Shown: in pieces, positions 38,553 to 53,949 of the stretch | Position numbering within the stretch: position 1 is the stretch's first letter | Layout of the letters: each line of letters starts with the position of its first letter | DNA from: Octopus vulgaris | Taxonomy: Eukaryota | DNA: 64,000 nucleotides | NCBI GenBank assembly: GCA_951406725.2 | Contig: OX597831.1 | Coordinates: 36,704,001-36,768,000 of the forward strand | Direction of reading: 5' to 3' | Notes under the pieces: model-generated | Seen by the model: the letters and a program-made list of their open reading frames with translations, nothing else | Database searches by the model: none | What the model was told of the DNA's origin: nothing | Made by a program: the position numbers and the translations under genes

Positions 38553-39911
38553 TGTTTTATGATGGAGGGCTGGTAGAATCCTTATAATGCTGGGCAAAAT
38601 GCTTAGTGGCGTTTTGTCTGTTTTCAGGTTCTGAGTTCAAATTCCACTGAGGTCAACTTTGCCTTTCACCCTTATTTTATTGATGGCAATAAAACAAGTA
38701 CCTGTTGAACACTGGGGTGAATGTAATTGACTTACCCCTCCCCCTAAATTGCTGGTCTTGTGTCGAAATTTGAAATCAATTTTCACTGATCCCTTGTGAG
38801 TAATCTGATGATAGTTCTACCTTTGAACCCTATCAGGGAAATTAAAAAACCACACTTCTTGGCTAAGAATCTTTAGTATGCCACACCTCACTGCCTTAAA
38901 AGTGATTAATTGATCAGACAATACAGTACGGTGTCTATCTTCTTAATCAAAACTGACCTTTGTGTAAATAAATACAAATGTCTCTTTCCTCAATGCATGA
39001 TTTAAAGTGATATAACTGCATACATCAAAGTTGCATGAATTCCTTTGCAATTCCTCTTTTGCCTTCAAAGTTAATATTTTCCCTTTTCTCCTCTCCACCA
39101 TAAAAAAAAAAGTGTTTTGTCTTCAAAGAAAGTCAAGCACTTTTAATGTCCAATGATTGCATGAAAAGAAGAACCAAATCTTCTTCAAATCACATTTTAT
39201 TATTTTTGCGGAAAAAAAGATATCAATAACAACATTAATGACCACAACACAATGTATACTAATTAAAAATTGTAACTGACTTCTGAACTCAGTTCATTTA
39301 GGAATATGACACTGACTTTGGTAATCAGCTCTTAGCACTGCAGTAATTAATACTAATTACTTTATCAGTTCAGCTTATTCATCACTCCATAGAATGATGA
39401 CCAAGATATCTGTAATGCCAGGATTATGTGAATGGATTGCAGATAGCATCACTGAGTTAATATTCTCTAAATAATTGGCTTTTCTACACCAAAAATAATT
39501 AGTAATTTTACATAGAATTAATTAGTAATTTTACATAGAAATTACTCCATGATTCTGTCTATGCTATGCTGATGAGATCATAACAACACCGAAACATGTC
39601 TGGAGTTGTCTCTTCTACATAACAAAATAATTACATATAGTTTTTTTGTGAATGTTTTCTTTACTTTCTTAGTGTTCCTTGCATTAACTTAACTACTGCA
39701 ACAAAATGGGTGCAATAAAAGCATTGTTCAAGGAGTCACTGCTGTCGATATGACAGTGAGAAATGACAAAAAATGATATTGTATCTCTTTTTTTTTCCCA
39801 TTATACAGACAGAAATTTTCATTTGACATATAGAAATAAATATTTTCATGAAACTAAACAAATATGCTCCTAAACTTACTATATTTTTTGTATCACTTAC
39901 ATAGATATGCA

Positions 39912-40325
39912 TAGGAATGGCTGTGTGGTAAGTAGCTTGCTTACCAATCATATTGTTCCGGATTCAGTCCCACTGCATGGCACCTTGGAAAAGTGTCTTC
40001 TACTAAAGCCTTGAGCTGATCAGAGCCTTGTGAGTGGATTTGGTAGATGGAAACTGAAAGAAGCCCGTCGTATATATATATATATATATATGTCTGTGTG
40101 TGTGTGTGTCTGTCTGTTTATGTGTCTGTGTTTGTAACACCACCATCGCTTGACAGCCGATGTTGGTGTGTTTACATCCCCATAACTAAGAGGTCAGGCA
40201 AAAGAGGCCAATATAATAAGTACTAGGCTTACAAAGAATAAGTGTTGGAGGGGGTCGATCTGTTTGACTAAAGGTGGTGCTCCAGCATGGCTGCAGTCAA
40301 ATGACTGAAACAAATGAAAGTGTAA
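39912..40325 (+). mobile_element. Full-length SINE A
   Basis: Match to the SINE A copy at 44640-45062. Confidence 0.9.
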
Positions 40326-40734
40326 AAGAAAATGTGTATGTATTATACATATTATACGTATAATACACATATCTGTATATACACATGCACACACACATAC
40401 ATATTTAGGTAGGTAGGTAGATAGATAGATAGATACATAGATAGATAGATAGATGTGTGTGGAAAATTTGACAATGGTTATATAGCGTAACTGTTACTAT
40501 TAATTACATGCACACACACATACACACACACACATACACACATATATATGCACACCATTAAAATATTTTAGACATTAAAAATAGAAACACTACACACATA
40601 CACGCATATGTGTGTGTGTATGTGTGCACGCATGTATATGTATGTATGTATGTAATGTTTGAAACAAAAAATTCCCTTATAAGGTAAAATATAGAAAAAT
40701 ATTTTCATTATCACTTATATTCCTTTTCAAATTT

Positions 40735-41805
<1,071 letters not shown>

Positions 41806-42263
41806 CATTTTACATCACTATGGCCCTTGGAAAAAGAAACTAGTATAAAAGTCGGAAACACGCTTCAAGAACTTTAAAATTATTTTAGAATGTACATAGG
41901 AAATGTGTTGTAGAAAAATGTAAACAAAATGTATTTCTTATACACCGGAGGGCTCCAATGAAAGGTAAATTATTTCCTAATTTGTAGAAATAATGTTTTT
42001 TTTTTATTGTTGTAAATACAAAATACAAATTTGTATTTATGCAAGAGCGTGCATATGTCTGTGTGTGTGTGCGTGTGTGAGTGTGTGTGTGCGTGTGTGA
42101 GTGTATATGTTTGCCAATTTTTAATGTTTACATACTCTTGGATTCATTATTAATTTATCATGATTTATATATGTGTATATATTAAAATAAAAAGTTTTTT
42201 TTGTGTGTGTACTTATCTCTCTCTCACACACTTTCTTATCTGTCACACTTTCTCCCTCCCCAC

Positions 42264-42324
<61 letters not shown>

Positions 42325-42789
42325 CAAACAGTTATAGTACTCAGAGTTTCGAATGCTGAAGTGAAGAGCTACAATATATTCTCATCAACTATCAATGGCA
42401 ACGGATGCTATGTATAACTGTTAAATATAAAAGAAGTATTTCTAATAATTGGAAAAAGAAAAAAGGAAAACGATAAAATATTATAAATATATACACACAA
42501 CCATATTCATACAATACATAGACATAAACCTCCTGCTTTCACATCTACATATGTACACGCTCACACAAACAGATATATGTACATACACATGCACACACAC
42601 ACACACACATACAGAAACATATATATACGTACTCATATATACACACATATCCACACGCACATACACACATGTATATATATATATGTATATAAGTATGCAA
42701 CATTATCCTCATATACACATTAGTGTTTACATGCATACATGTAACATATATGTATTTATATATATATGTATGTATAAATATATGTATAA

Positions 42790-43450
42790 AACCATAGTTT
42801 TGTTCCATTGCAATAGGGTCCACAAGTTTCCAGTAATTCCCACCTGATGCTAAAGGGTGTATGATCGCTCTTTAGGCACCGTACGTATGCTGCGAGTGTC
42901 ATTGTGTTGCATTTCTCCAAGACCCTGAAAGAAGATCTGTGGTTGTTCAAGCAAATTTTAAATTTGGATTCACAATATCCGACCACAGATCTTCTTTCAG
43001 AGCTCCAGAGAGATGCAACACAATGACATTCACTGTATACGTATGGCATCTAAAGGACAATCATATACCCTTTAAGATCAAGTGGAAATTATTGGAAACT
43101 TGTGGACCCTATCACAATGGAACAAGACTATGTAAATTGTGTATGGCAGAAAGATATATAATCCTTATTTACTCACATGAGCCAGGAGGCTACCTGAACT
43201 CTAGGATGGAAGCAGTGGGCAGCTGTTCACATTTTCGGAAATTTTTACTTCAAAATTGGAAAACCTAGCTATCAAGTGAAGGAAGACAACTCGACCAGCC
43301 ATAATTTTTTAAGAGGAATATTTCTTTAACTATCACCGGTGTTCTTGTGTTTTAATAAAAACATTCTTTGCAGAGAACAGTTATCGTGTAGAGAAACTGA
43401 AGAGATGTCTAATCACGCTAGATATGAAACCAATGGCTTTCTTTTCTAAA
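42790..43450. mobile_element. Penelope-like element 3' end: GIY-YIG endonuclease C-terminus in inverted duplication (minus 42790-42985, plus ~42981-43268) with a downstream HHR remnant
   Basis: VGYCESKFKICLNNHRSSF; HRSSFR...VWHLKD...IKWKLLE...CKLCMAERYIIL...LNSRMEAVGSCSHFRKFLL. Confidence 0.85.
43391..43444 (+). ncRNA. Decayed hammerhead motif in the PLE 3' region
   Basis: gagaaa-CTGAAGA-g-atgtcta-atcacgc-tagatat-GAAACCAATGGC-tttctt; U16.1 apparently lost. Confidence 0.55.
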
Positions 43451-44039
43451 CTATTGCGTTACACATACAAATATATATATATATATCGCAGTGACAGTAT
43501 GTCGCTAGAAAATATATATACATATATATAAATTGATAGTAAGAACAGAGATTTACATATCCAGTTTTATTCCGCAGTCAGCCATGTCTTTCCATTTCTG
43601 CTCTTACAGATGTTTCTGCTGCGCCTAAGGGCACACTGCAAAATTTTGCATCTCGGTTTGCATTTTGGTGTTAATTGTCGCTTCTTCAGTGTGTTATTAA
43701 CTGCATTTCAGATGCTGTCTGAACTAAATACATCCAACCAAAACATACACATGGTATTATTATTCTAAAAATAGCCTAAATTCTGATTGGTTCAACTCTA
43801 CTGGTTATTATTAATAATCTCCTTATTATTAATTTATTATTTCTTCTCTACCGACAACGTGCAGTCTCTATAGAGACATGGATTTATTGATGTGAAGATC
43901 ACTGAGAAAAGTAAAACAAACTACAGTCTTCCTACACTCATGGAGGTTAGCCAGCATTATTAACCGGTAATAGTCAATATGGTACCTGATAGGATTAAAT
44001 ATCCCTTCCAACCTAATTTGGAAATTTACTTTTAATAAC

Positions 44040-44592
44040 ACTTGATTTATCGACCCCAAAAGGACGAAATGCAAAATCGACCTCATCAAAATTTGAACTC
44101 AGAACATAAGGATGGATGGTAACTATTCTGCCAGCTAACCACCTTATACAAGATCAATAGTAAAGGTTTCAAATTTTTGCACAAGGCCAGTAATTTTAGG
44201 GGAGGGTGATATCAATGACATTGTCTTCATTGCTCAAACGATACTTATTTTATTGATCTCAAAAGGATGAAAGTCAGAGTAGACCTTGGGAGAATTTGAT
44301 CTCAGAATGCAAAGAACCAGAAGAAAAGCTGCTAAACACTTTGTTCAACATGCTAGCAATTCTAACAGATAGTCACTTAATAATCCTTTCTACTAGAGGC
44401 ACAAGACCTGAGGAAGGGGACCAGTTGATTACATCAATCCCTGTGCTCAACTGGTACTTGATTTATCAACCCTGAAATGATGAAAGGCAAAGTCGACCTT
44501 GCTGGAATTTGAACTCAGAATGTAACAATGGGTGAAATACTGCTAAGCATTTTGTCCAGAATGCTAATGATTCTGCTTGCTAACCACCTTTA
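44040..44592 (-). mobile_element. Three SINE B copies and fragments
   Basis: aaggatgaaaggcaaagtcgacc...atttgaactcagaa-type units. Confidence 0.8.
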
Positions 44593-44639
44593 GATAGCCA
44601 GTGAATAATAACTAATAATAACTAGTGGAAATTCCAGGA

Positions 44640-45062
44640 GGCGCAGGAGTGGCTGTGTGGTAAGTAGCTTGCTAACCAGCCACATGGTTCCGGGTTCAGT
44701 CCCACTGCGTGGCATCTTGGGCAAGTGTCTTCTGCTATAGCCCCGGGCCGACCAATGCCTTGTGAGTGGATTTGGTAGATGGAAACTGAAAGAAGCCTGT
44801 CGTATATATGTATATATATATATATGTGTGTGTGTGTTTGTGTGTCTGTGTTTGTCCCCCTTGCATTGCTTGACAACCGATGCTGGTGTGTTTACGTCCC
44901 CGTTACTTAGCGGTTCGGCAAAAGAGACCGATAGAATAAGTACTGGGCTTACAAAGAATAAGTCCCGGGGTCGATTTGCTCGACTAAAGGCGGTGCTCCA
45001 GCATGGCCACAGTCAAATGACTGAAACAAGTAAAAGAGTAAAAGAGTAAAAGAGTAAAGAGT
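44640..45062 (+). mobile_element. Best-preserved full-length SINE A
   Basis: tRNA-like head (ggagtggctgtgtggtaag, ggttcagtccc), internal (TA)n(TG)n, CpGs retained, (gtaaaaga)n tail. Confidence 0.92.
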
Positions 45063-45991
45063 CATTTTGAAAATTCTTTGATGGAATTGAATATTTTTCT
45101 AAAGGATTGGACTCTTGAGTGGGAGTGGAAGTCTTTTTTGTTAGTATTAAAGGTGTAATCTTATGAAACCACATTTCTGAAAGTTATATTGCTATGTCTT
45201 CTTCTTTGTGTGTGTTGCTATCTATTACTGTGATTTTTATATTAAGGAATAGTTTCTCAGATGTGAAATGGTAATGCTCATTAAATAAGTTTTAACAACA
45301 CAGGCCCCTGCAGCATCAATATGAAAGCAACAATGCAGTAGAATTTCTCCACTTCTCTTCTTTTCATATACATTCATCACTCTTTCATTGGCTATTATTC
45401 TTTAGTCAGTATTCAGATTATTCAAACTGATAACATATAGTCGAGGTTCCTGTTCATTTACGTCCCTAAATTTTTTCCTGGGGTTCTGGTAGTCCTTTTC
45501 TCTGACAGATTGTTCCATTTTTCAATTAAACTTGCATTATTGCATGAAGAGCAGAAATTTCTGAATCTCACTTTGCTGCCCCCTACCTAAATAAATCTTC
45601 AATTATTTGTTCTCTTATGGCTAACACTCTTCTCTTTCCTTCTCTCTTTCGCCCCTCCCCTTTATCTAACCATGTGACAGTGTCACATGTTTGGCCTTAG
45701 CATATTAATATATAGATGTCACCATATCCTATTATATGATGTTTAAAATCCTGCACCTGCACAATTGGGTTATTCGGAATACACAGATACCTCATGACAT
45801 ATGTGTGTAGTAATGTTGACTGTTATAGTGTTTTCTAATCCTGTCTTTCTTTTAGAAAGCACAAGCCCTCACTTTCTCTTTATCTCATTCTCTCTTTATT
45901 TGCCTCTCAAAGTTCAACTATAATACATCCCTCTATACCAAAAGCATTCTTTTTCTCTCTCTTGCTCTCAACCTAATCCTTAAAATAAGTA

Positions 45992-46578
45992 TTCTTTTCT
46001 ATTCTAGGCACAAGGCCCGAAATTTTTGAGGAGGGTGGCCAGTCGACCTCTGTACGTAACTGGTACTTAATTTATAGCCCCCAAATAGAAGAAAAGCAAA
46101 GTTGACCTCAGTGGAATTTGAACTCAGGACAGAAAGACAGACAAAATACTGCTAAGCATTTCACCTGGCGTGTTAACGTTTCTTTTCTGCTCTAGGCACA
46201 AGGCCTGAAATTTTGGGGGAGGGGGCCAATCGATTAGATTGACTCCAGTACACAGCTGGTACTTAATTTATCAACCCCGAATGGATGAAAGGCAAAGTTG
46301 ACCCCGGCGGAATTTGAACTCAGATGAAATACCACTATGCATTTCGCCTGGAGTGCTAACATTTCTTTTCTACTCTAGGCACAAGGTCTGAAATTTTGAG
46401 GGAGGAGGCCAGTCGATTTGATCGACCCCAGTACACAACTGGTACTTAATTTATCGACCCTGAAAGGATGAAAGGCAAAGTCAACCTCGGCAGAATTTGA
46501 ACTCAGAATGTAAAGACAAACAAAATACTGCTAAATATTTCACCTGGCATGCTAACACTTCTGCCAGCTCACCGCCTT
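45992..46578 (-). mobile_element. Head-to-tail trimer of SINE B (~185-bp units)
   Basis: tcttttct..tctaggcacaagg recurs at ~45992, 46181 and 46363. Confidence 0.88.
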
Positions 46579-46751
46579 ACTTCAAATAAGTATTGACACA
46601 TACATTTGTGTCCATAGAACATGATTACCACTTTATTTTACTGAACCTTCATTTGTCATTCACAAATCCCCTTGTAGTTGCGGGTGGGCCCCTTCAATCT
46701 CCTGGTAACCAATATTTTTAAACCCAGTCTGCCATTGTATATATATATATG

Positions 46752-46787
<36 letters not shown>

Positions 46788-46799
46788 TGTATATATATT

Positions 46800-47065
46800 A
46801 TCATCATCCTCATCATCATCATTATCATTGCTTAACGTCCGTTTTCCATGCTAGTATAGGTTGGACGGTTCGACTGGGGTTTGGGAAGCCAAGAAGCTGC
46901 ACCATGCTCTAGTCTGCTCTGGCAGTGTTTCTGCAGCTTGGATGCCCTTCCTAGCGCCAACCACTCCATGATTGTAGGGGTTGCTTTTTACGTGCCACCG
47001 GCACAGGAGCCAGAGAAGGCTGGCAATGGCCATGATCGGTTGGTGCTTTTTACGTGCCACTGGCA
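46800..47065 (-). mobile_element. RTE LINE 3' tail
   Basis: (CAT)n-aacgtccgttttccatgc, gatgcccttccta. Confidence 0.75.
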
Positions 47066-47595
47066 GAGAGAGAGAGAGAGAGAGAGAGGGAGAGGGGTGG
47101 TGAGAGTGGAAAAAGTACAAGATAGTGAAAAAGAGAAATTAGATGGACTGAAATTAAAAAAATAAGTAGCAAAACCAAATTCTAATTTATAGAAAATCAT
47201 TTTACTGACCTTTTTATTTTCTTTAATTGTTAAAATGTATTCTATAACTGATACACATGGCTATGGTTATCTTAAATTTCATCAGAAGGAAAACTGACAC
47301 AGCTTCTTCCTTGGAAGTCAATCACCAGCTAGAGTAACCTTAGCCCATCACAGAGATAAACGAATGGGTTTTACATATGAACTTTGTATTGGATGTGATT
47401 TATTATATGTTCATCACATAAAGGCTAAACGATCAAAAACTACTCCCCTTCAAATGATGATAATAAGGATAGTAATAATGATGATGACGATGGTGATGTT
47501 AGTAATGAAATTCATAATAATGATAATAAGAATGATTTTACTGGTAATTACCACTTCCATTACCGCTGCTGCTGTCGCTACTACTACTGCTGCTG

Positions 47596-47633
<38 letters not shown>

Positions 47634-48186
47634 GAGAACTTGTGTGTGATTATATTATGTGTTTGTATGGATTTACATACATGTGTGTGTATGTGTAAGT
47701 GTCTGTGTGTGAGTGTGTGCATTGCGTTTGCAGGTGTGTCTGTATGTGTGTGTGAGTGTGTGTGTGTGTGTAAGCGTGTGTGTGTGAATGGGTATACATG
47801 TGTGTGTGTGTGTCTGCATTTGTGTGCATGTGTGTGTCTTTGTGTGTGTGTGTGTGTGTGTATGAGCTTTGCTTAATGACTGTGTGTTAATCTGAGATCG
47901 TTTTTCAAGTGTCCTTTAATTCTTACAAATCATTTAACACTGATGTATCTGAAGCTGTCCAATTTAACTGTCTTACAAGCTGGCTACAACACATACATAT
48001 GCTAAGGATGTAAGTATGTATGTATGTATGTACATACGTACGTATGTATCTATGTATGTATGTATGTATGTTTGTACATGTGTATGTATGGATGGATGGA
48101 TGCATGTATATATATATATGTGTGTGTGTGAATGTTCATATGTATATATATATATTCATATATATATTTATATATATGTATATAGA

Positions 48187-48240
<54 letters not shown>

Positions 48241-48340
48241 CATATATGTATATATATATATATATATACATATATATATACAGATATATATACATACACA
48301 TATATACATACATATAAATACATATACATGTATATATGTG

Positions 48341-48374
<34 letters not shown>

Positions 48375-49249
48375 AGAATACATAAACACATTCACACATA
48401 CATATATATGCATACATACATATATAAAGTCATCTGTTTGTGTTCGTGTGCAAGTCTGTATATGTGTGTGTTTGTATAAAATATTTGTATGTAAGTACAT
48501 ATATGTGTGGTTACACACACACAAGCTAAGTAAGAAAAAAGGTATATTTCTTTCACAGAACAACAACAACAACAACACCAAAATATGTAGCTATATTTCT
48601 TTTATGATTTTCAGTTCTAGTTTTTATCGACATCTTTTATGGCCTGTTTTTGTCTTTTCTTTTTTCTTTTTTTTTTTTTAATATTTTTCTATTGATCATC
48701 AATTATTAATTTTCTTGTGATTAACATTAACATGGTTGTATCTGATTAGATATTATCACATTAATTCTTACTTGTTCTGTCACTATTCTCTGATGTAATT
48801 TATGGTCTATATGATATCCGAGGTATACTTTAATGGTTATTACGTTATGAATTACAGTTTTATGTTCCTACATATTTAACTGTATACATGAATGGTCAAG
48901 TCAACAGAGGGAGGGTCAGTACATCTTGATTTTCCACAGGGTAATGTCTTGGGAGCATCATTTTCCTGAGTCCATCATCAAGACATTTACTTCAGTTACT
49001 AATTAATTCACCTTTTTACTAAAGGCCTGAAATTTTATTGGGTTTACATCGACCCCAGTGTTGTGGTGGTACATAATTTTTTGACCCCGAAAGGATGAAG
49101 GCAAAGCCAACCTCTACAGAATTTGAACTCAGATTGTAAAGACAGAAAGACAGATAAAATGCTGCTATACATTTTACCCGGTGTACTAATGATGCTGCTA
49201 GCTCACTGCCTTGTAAATTAATTAATTAATTAATTAATGGTAAAAATCC

Positions 49250-50016
49250 TCTGTAAGGTCCCAAACTGGACTATGCTTTAAGTGCTTGTTAGGTACAGCA
49301 GTCTTCATGTAAGTGCTTGAAACATCTCGAGGACCGTCTGCAATTCACTCTGGATTAAAATGATGACCTTTGAGCTGTATTTTCATCTTGGTGAAGAGAT
49401 GGGAGTCTGCAGGCACTAAATTTGGTGAATAGGCTGGGTGCAGAAGTGATACCATGTTGATTTGGGTGAGGAAAGTTTGGTAAAGAATCCAGTTCTTTGC
49501 ACTCCACAGATCCAGTTGCTTTTGTCGAATGTCCTCCATCAGGCACTTCAAAACATCGCAGTAGAACTCTGAATTGATGATCTGGCCGTGGAAGATAAAT
49601 TCCTGATGCACAATACCACATTCTCAGGGGTGACGCTTGTGGTAGAGCTTCCAGATTGCCCATTGTCTTTCAGTGATTTTCTTCTACTTTGGAAGCACCC
49701 ATGCTGCTCAGAACGTAGTGTACCACCCTTTGCCTCATCACTGTAAGCTTGCCAAAGCATGCTTAATGTCTCCGTAGCAGACTTCCTAAGTTTAACACAA
49801 AATTTCCATTTTCCTGTCCATGACAAAAATCGCAGACTATAGCATATATGTGATAACAAAAACACAAATTTTACAACTTGCAAAGTAAATACAGTAAATA
49901 CACTTGGCACACGGCCTCATGGAGGTCACTGCTAGCTCTCACTATGCCCACAATTATGTGCCATAATCTGTTGGCACACTACAGAACTAGTCAGGGTATT
50001 TTTGAAAGCCACCTCA
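49250..50016 (-). mobile_element. Internally deleted mariner transposon
   Basis: KFCVKLRKSATETLSMLWQAY, INSEFYCDVLKCL, HPAYSPNLVPADSHLFTKMK (YSPDL motif); TA-flanked end at 50016. Confidence 0.88.
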
Positions 50017-50583
50017 TATATACATATACAACAGTCCCTGTTTTAGTTTCTATCAATAAAATCCATTCACAAGGTTTCAGTCAGCCTAGAAGACACTTTC
50101 ATAAAGTGCTGTGCAGTGGGTTTGAACCCAAGGCTACATGGTTGGAAAGCAAACTTCTTAATCACACAGCCATGCTTGTACCAATAGTGCCAAAATTCTA
50201 GCGTAGAGATTATAAACAAGATTGGAAATTGGAAACAAGTGGTGACACTAAACAGATTAAAACAGTCAAATCCATTGCCCAGTTACCAAACTGAACCAGC
50301 CTTACATCTTATCATGTAACTGTTCCTAATTAATTCCACCAACATGGTACAGTGTCTCTCATCTACTTTGCAAATGAACCAAAAGTTTCCCTGTCCAGGA
50401 ATATCTTGTCATTTTCAATTATAAGATGCAAATTGCAATTTATTAAATATATCACAGATTCTATTTACGGTGTGCTTTTGCATAAATTACTGATGGTGCT
50501 GAGTATACCCATGCTTGTTATGCTGCATGCATGTGTGAATATATGTATGTGTGTGTGCATGTGCATAAGTCATTCTGAGAAGA

Positions 50584-50798
<215 letters not shown>

Positions 50799-51113
50799 GT
50801 ATATATGTATGTATTTATGTACATATGTATGTTTATATCAAAGACCATTTGAGTAAAGGCTTGTGAAGTGATGTCCAAACTTTTAGGTTTGTGTTCGTGT
50901 GTGTTCGTGTGAGTACATGCGTTTGTGATTAATTGGATCCCGAGTTTTCTATCAGTCTATGACATCCATTCATCTAATAACCAAGATACACATATATTTG
51001 CATACATTTATACATAAATTGAAACAGGCACATGCACACATGGAAATAATATATGTACATATATGCAAATTTATGTATATAAATATATATGTATGTATTG
51101 TCTCAGCCTTTTG

Positions 51114-51154
<41 letters not shown>

Positions 51155-51307
51155 GTATTTTTCTAACTTTGCATGCATATATTATGGAAATATTTTGTGC
51201 TTGACATCTAAAAATCTATCTACCCATCTATCATCTATATCCGTGTACATACATACAAGTACTCACACACACACATATATATACATACATGCATACATAC
51301 ACACACT

Positions 51308-51348
<41 letters not shown>

Positions 51349-51476
51349 GCAGATATATTACTTGAAGGCTAATTATTTCATACATACGTTCATATCATTC
51401 ACTGTTATGTGAGAGGTTCTTAAGAATTAAACAAGTAGAGTCAATTGATACCATACACACACACATACTCACACAC

Positions 51477-51540
<64 letters not shown>

Positions 51541-51839
51541 GTACATATATATACATAAATAGCTTACAGCATCCAAGAACCATACAAAAGGGAAACAGTC
51601 TGATCTTAAAACTGGGAGGGGCTGTATTGTGTTATGAAATGAATAGGTAATAATAGACAAAGAAAGTAAAAAAGTGTAAATGAGTGTATTTGATAAAAGA
51701 AACAAGAAGAAAGCTAAGACTGATACATTAAATTTAATTTGGGCAATCCACTGTCATACTGTCATGTCTTATATATTAGATGTCTAGTTTATAAGTTTGT
51801 CTTATGGCTACACGGATTATCACTGAAGTTATCCTTATA

Positions 51840-51888
<49 letters not shown>

Positions 51889-52823
51889 CAAGAAAAAAGC
51901 AACAAGAATGTTGCTTTTTTCTTGGTTATAATCACCCCACATAATTTTATGGTTAATACCATAAAGAATTCTGGTTAAGTACCATTTTCATTTGAATTCA
52001 TTTGAATCTTAATTTGTTTTGCTATATGCACACACATATAGAAAGTAGAGAATACACGAACAGGATAATTAATTTATATTTATCATAGCTAATTCATATT
52101 GCCTAAGCTCCCATCCATATTTACATATTTAAAGTGCATTATGAAGTTGAAACCTCCTCAGCAAAAATTGATTGATATTTTTCACATCCTAACAGACGGA
52201 GAGTTTATTTCAATTAAATTGCATCATGTGTGTCTTGGATTCTGTTTTAAAAATACCCAGAGGTTGATTTTGACCTTACTGGACAAGAGATGGGCATAGT
52301 TCAGAAGAACTAGGTCATGTTACTATTTACCCCTTTGGTAGTGATGATCAGCTGTTTACAAGCTAGTCATTACCTTCCAACTTATTCAGTATATCCGTAA
52401 CACAGTCCTCACTTTCTTATTCCAACCTTTTTAAAATTATTAGTATGGGATTACAAGCATACCTCTACCATTCGTACTACTCATCATGTCCATAATATAG
52501 TCTTCTAAGCTCTTATTATCGATAAAATATATCTAGGTATGTACTCAATTGTTACTTTTACTTATTTGTTTATGTAATTATTTTTTGTAAAATGTATTAT
52601 ATTAGTGACTATTAAAATAGTTATTTATACAGATATATTAGTTGATAGCTTGGTTCTTACATATATTTGGCTATTTAATTTATAGTACAGAAGCATGATT
52701 CCTAGGTATAATACACACAATATTTATTTTTAACCAAAACTATTTAAATTTATTGAAAGCATGTTTAACTTTAAGAACTATTCCTAGGTATCATTAAGTA
52801 TTATTCACACAGTGCTTATTTAA

Positions 52824-53909
52824 CCCTTTCGTTACCAAACCGCCCAAAGCCGCCCGAAAAAAATTTTGGTTTATGAGACCAAACCGCCCAAAGCCGCCCG
52901 AATTTACCTATTCATATTTAAATGAGAATATCAGAGCAAATCTCTTCAGTACATTCGTGAAAACACGTATTATACTTCGTAAACAGTTCAACTACAGTTT
53001 TGTACAATAATCGAAGTGTAATTTTAATTCCGTGAATTTTGGGAGATTTTTTTCCGAAATTTGTTCCTATTGTGTTTTCAAAATTTGTAATTCTGACAAA
53101 AAATGGATACGAATTTCATTATATCAAGCAGCGAGTCAGAATTCGAAGGATTTTCTACTGAAGACCTTCATAAATCTAACTCTATGGACTGAAAAAAAAA
53201 GCATGTGGTATTTGATAATGAATCTGATGTTTCATTTTCCGAAAGTGAAAACAGTGAATCCGAGATCTCCGACAGCGATAAAGAAAATGAATTGGCACCT
53301 GAATGGAGTGAAAATTTAAAAACTGTTTCTTTCGGTGATTTTTCTGAAGAAACTGCACCAAGCCACAGACTTTCCCAGAAGGGTAAAGCCTTAGACTATT
53401 TCTATTTAATTTTTCGAATGAGCCTATTTGAAATCATTACGGTGAAAACAAACTGTTACGCTAAACGTAAACAAAGCGAAAGAAAGGATAGTTTGTGGTT
53501 TCCCACAACCTTAAATGAAATTAAGACTATTTTGCCATAAATATTATTATGGGTATCAGAAAGTTACCCAGAATAACAAATTCTATCGTAAAATTTTGTT
53601 GTATACCCAATTGAATATTAGCTAATAACCCATTTTCTATAGCGATGTTTGAACAAAATTTTAATAATTTTATATTTTGTTGAATTTACCTGTATCTACC
53701 TGTAATTAGAGTCACTTTGTGACAAAAATTATAGTATAGAATTGGTTGAGAATATTTCATTAAATTATCTTCCAAAAATCAGATTAATATATCGATAAAT
53801 AAAAAAGTTATAGTTGTTTAATGAAACCAGACTAAATTTATGATTACGTTAGAAATTAATTGAAACACATAAGGGGTGTAATTTGGTCAGAAATATAGTA
53901 ACGAAAGGG
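52824..53909 (+). mobile_element. Non-autonomous piggyBac with intact termini
   Basis: TTAA TSDs (52820-52823, 53910-53913), TIR ccctttcgttac / gtaacgaaaggg, subterminal 25-bp direct repeats. Confidence 0.92.
53103..53580 (+). pseudogene. piggyBac transposase N-terminal remnant
   Basis: Acidic N-terminus, then LDYFYLIF, IITVKTNCYA, WFPTTLNEIK, IIMGIRKLP; stop codon and frameshift. Confidence 0.85.
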
Positions 53910-53949
53910 TTAATCATATCTATTTTAATTTATCGAATGTATATTTAAC

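Noticed and set aside
42939-43268. Selenoprotein/SECIS hypothesis for the PLE endonuclease
   Set aside because: The relevant cysteines are ordinary codons; no in-frame TGA or SECIS was seen
43600-43695. Minus-strand CTGAAGA and GAAACATCTGTA pieces
   Set aside because: Too far apart or decayed to assemble a credible hammerhead
44645-44720. tRNA-like sequences at SINE heads
   Set aside because: Only A/B boxes with no full cloverleaf; they continue into SINE bodies
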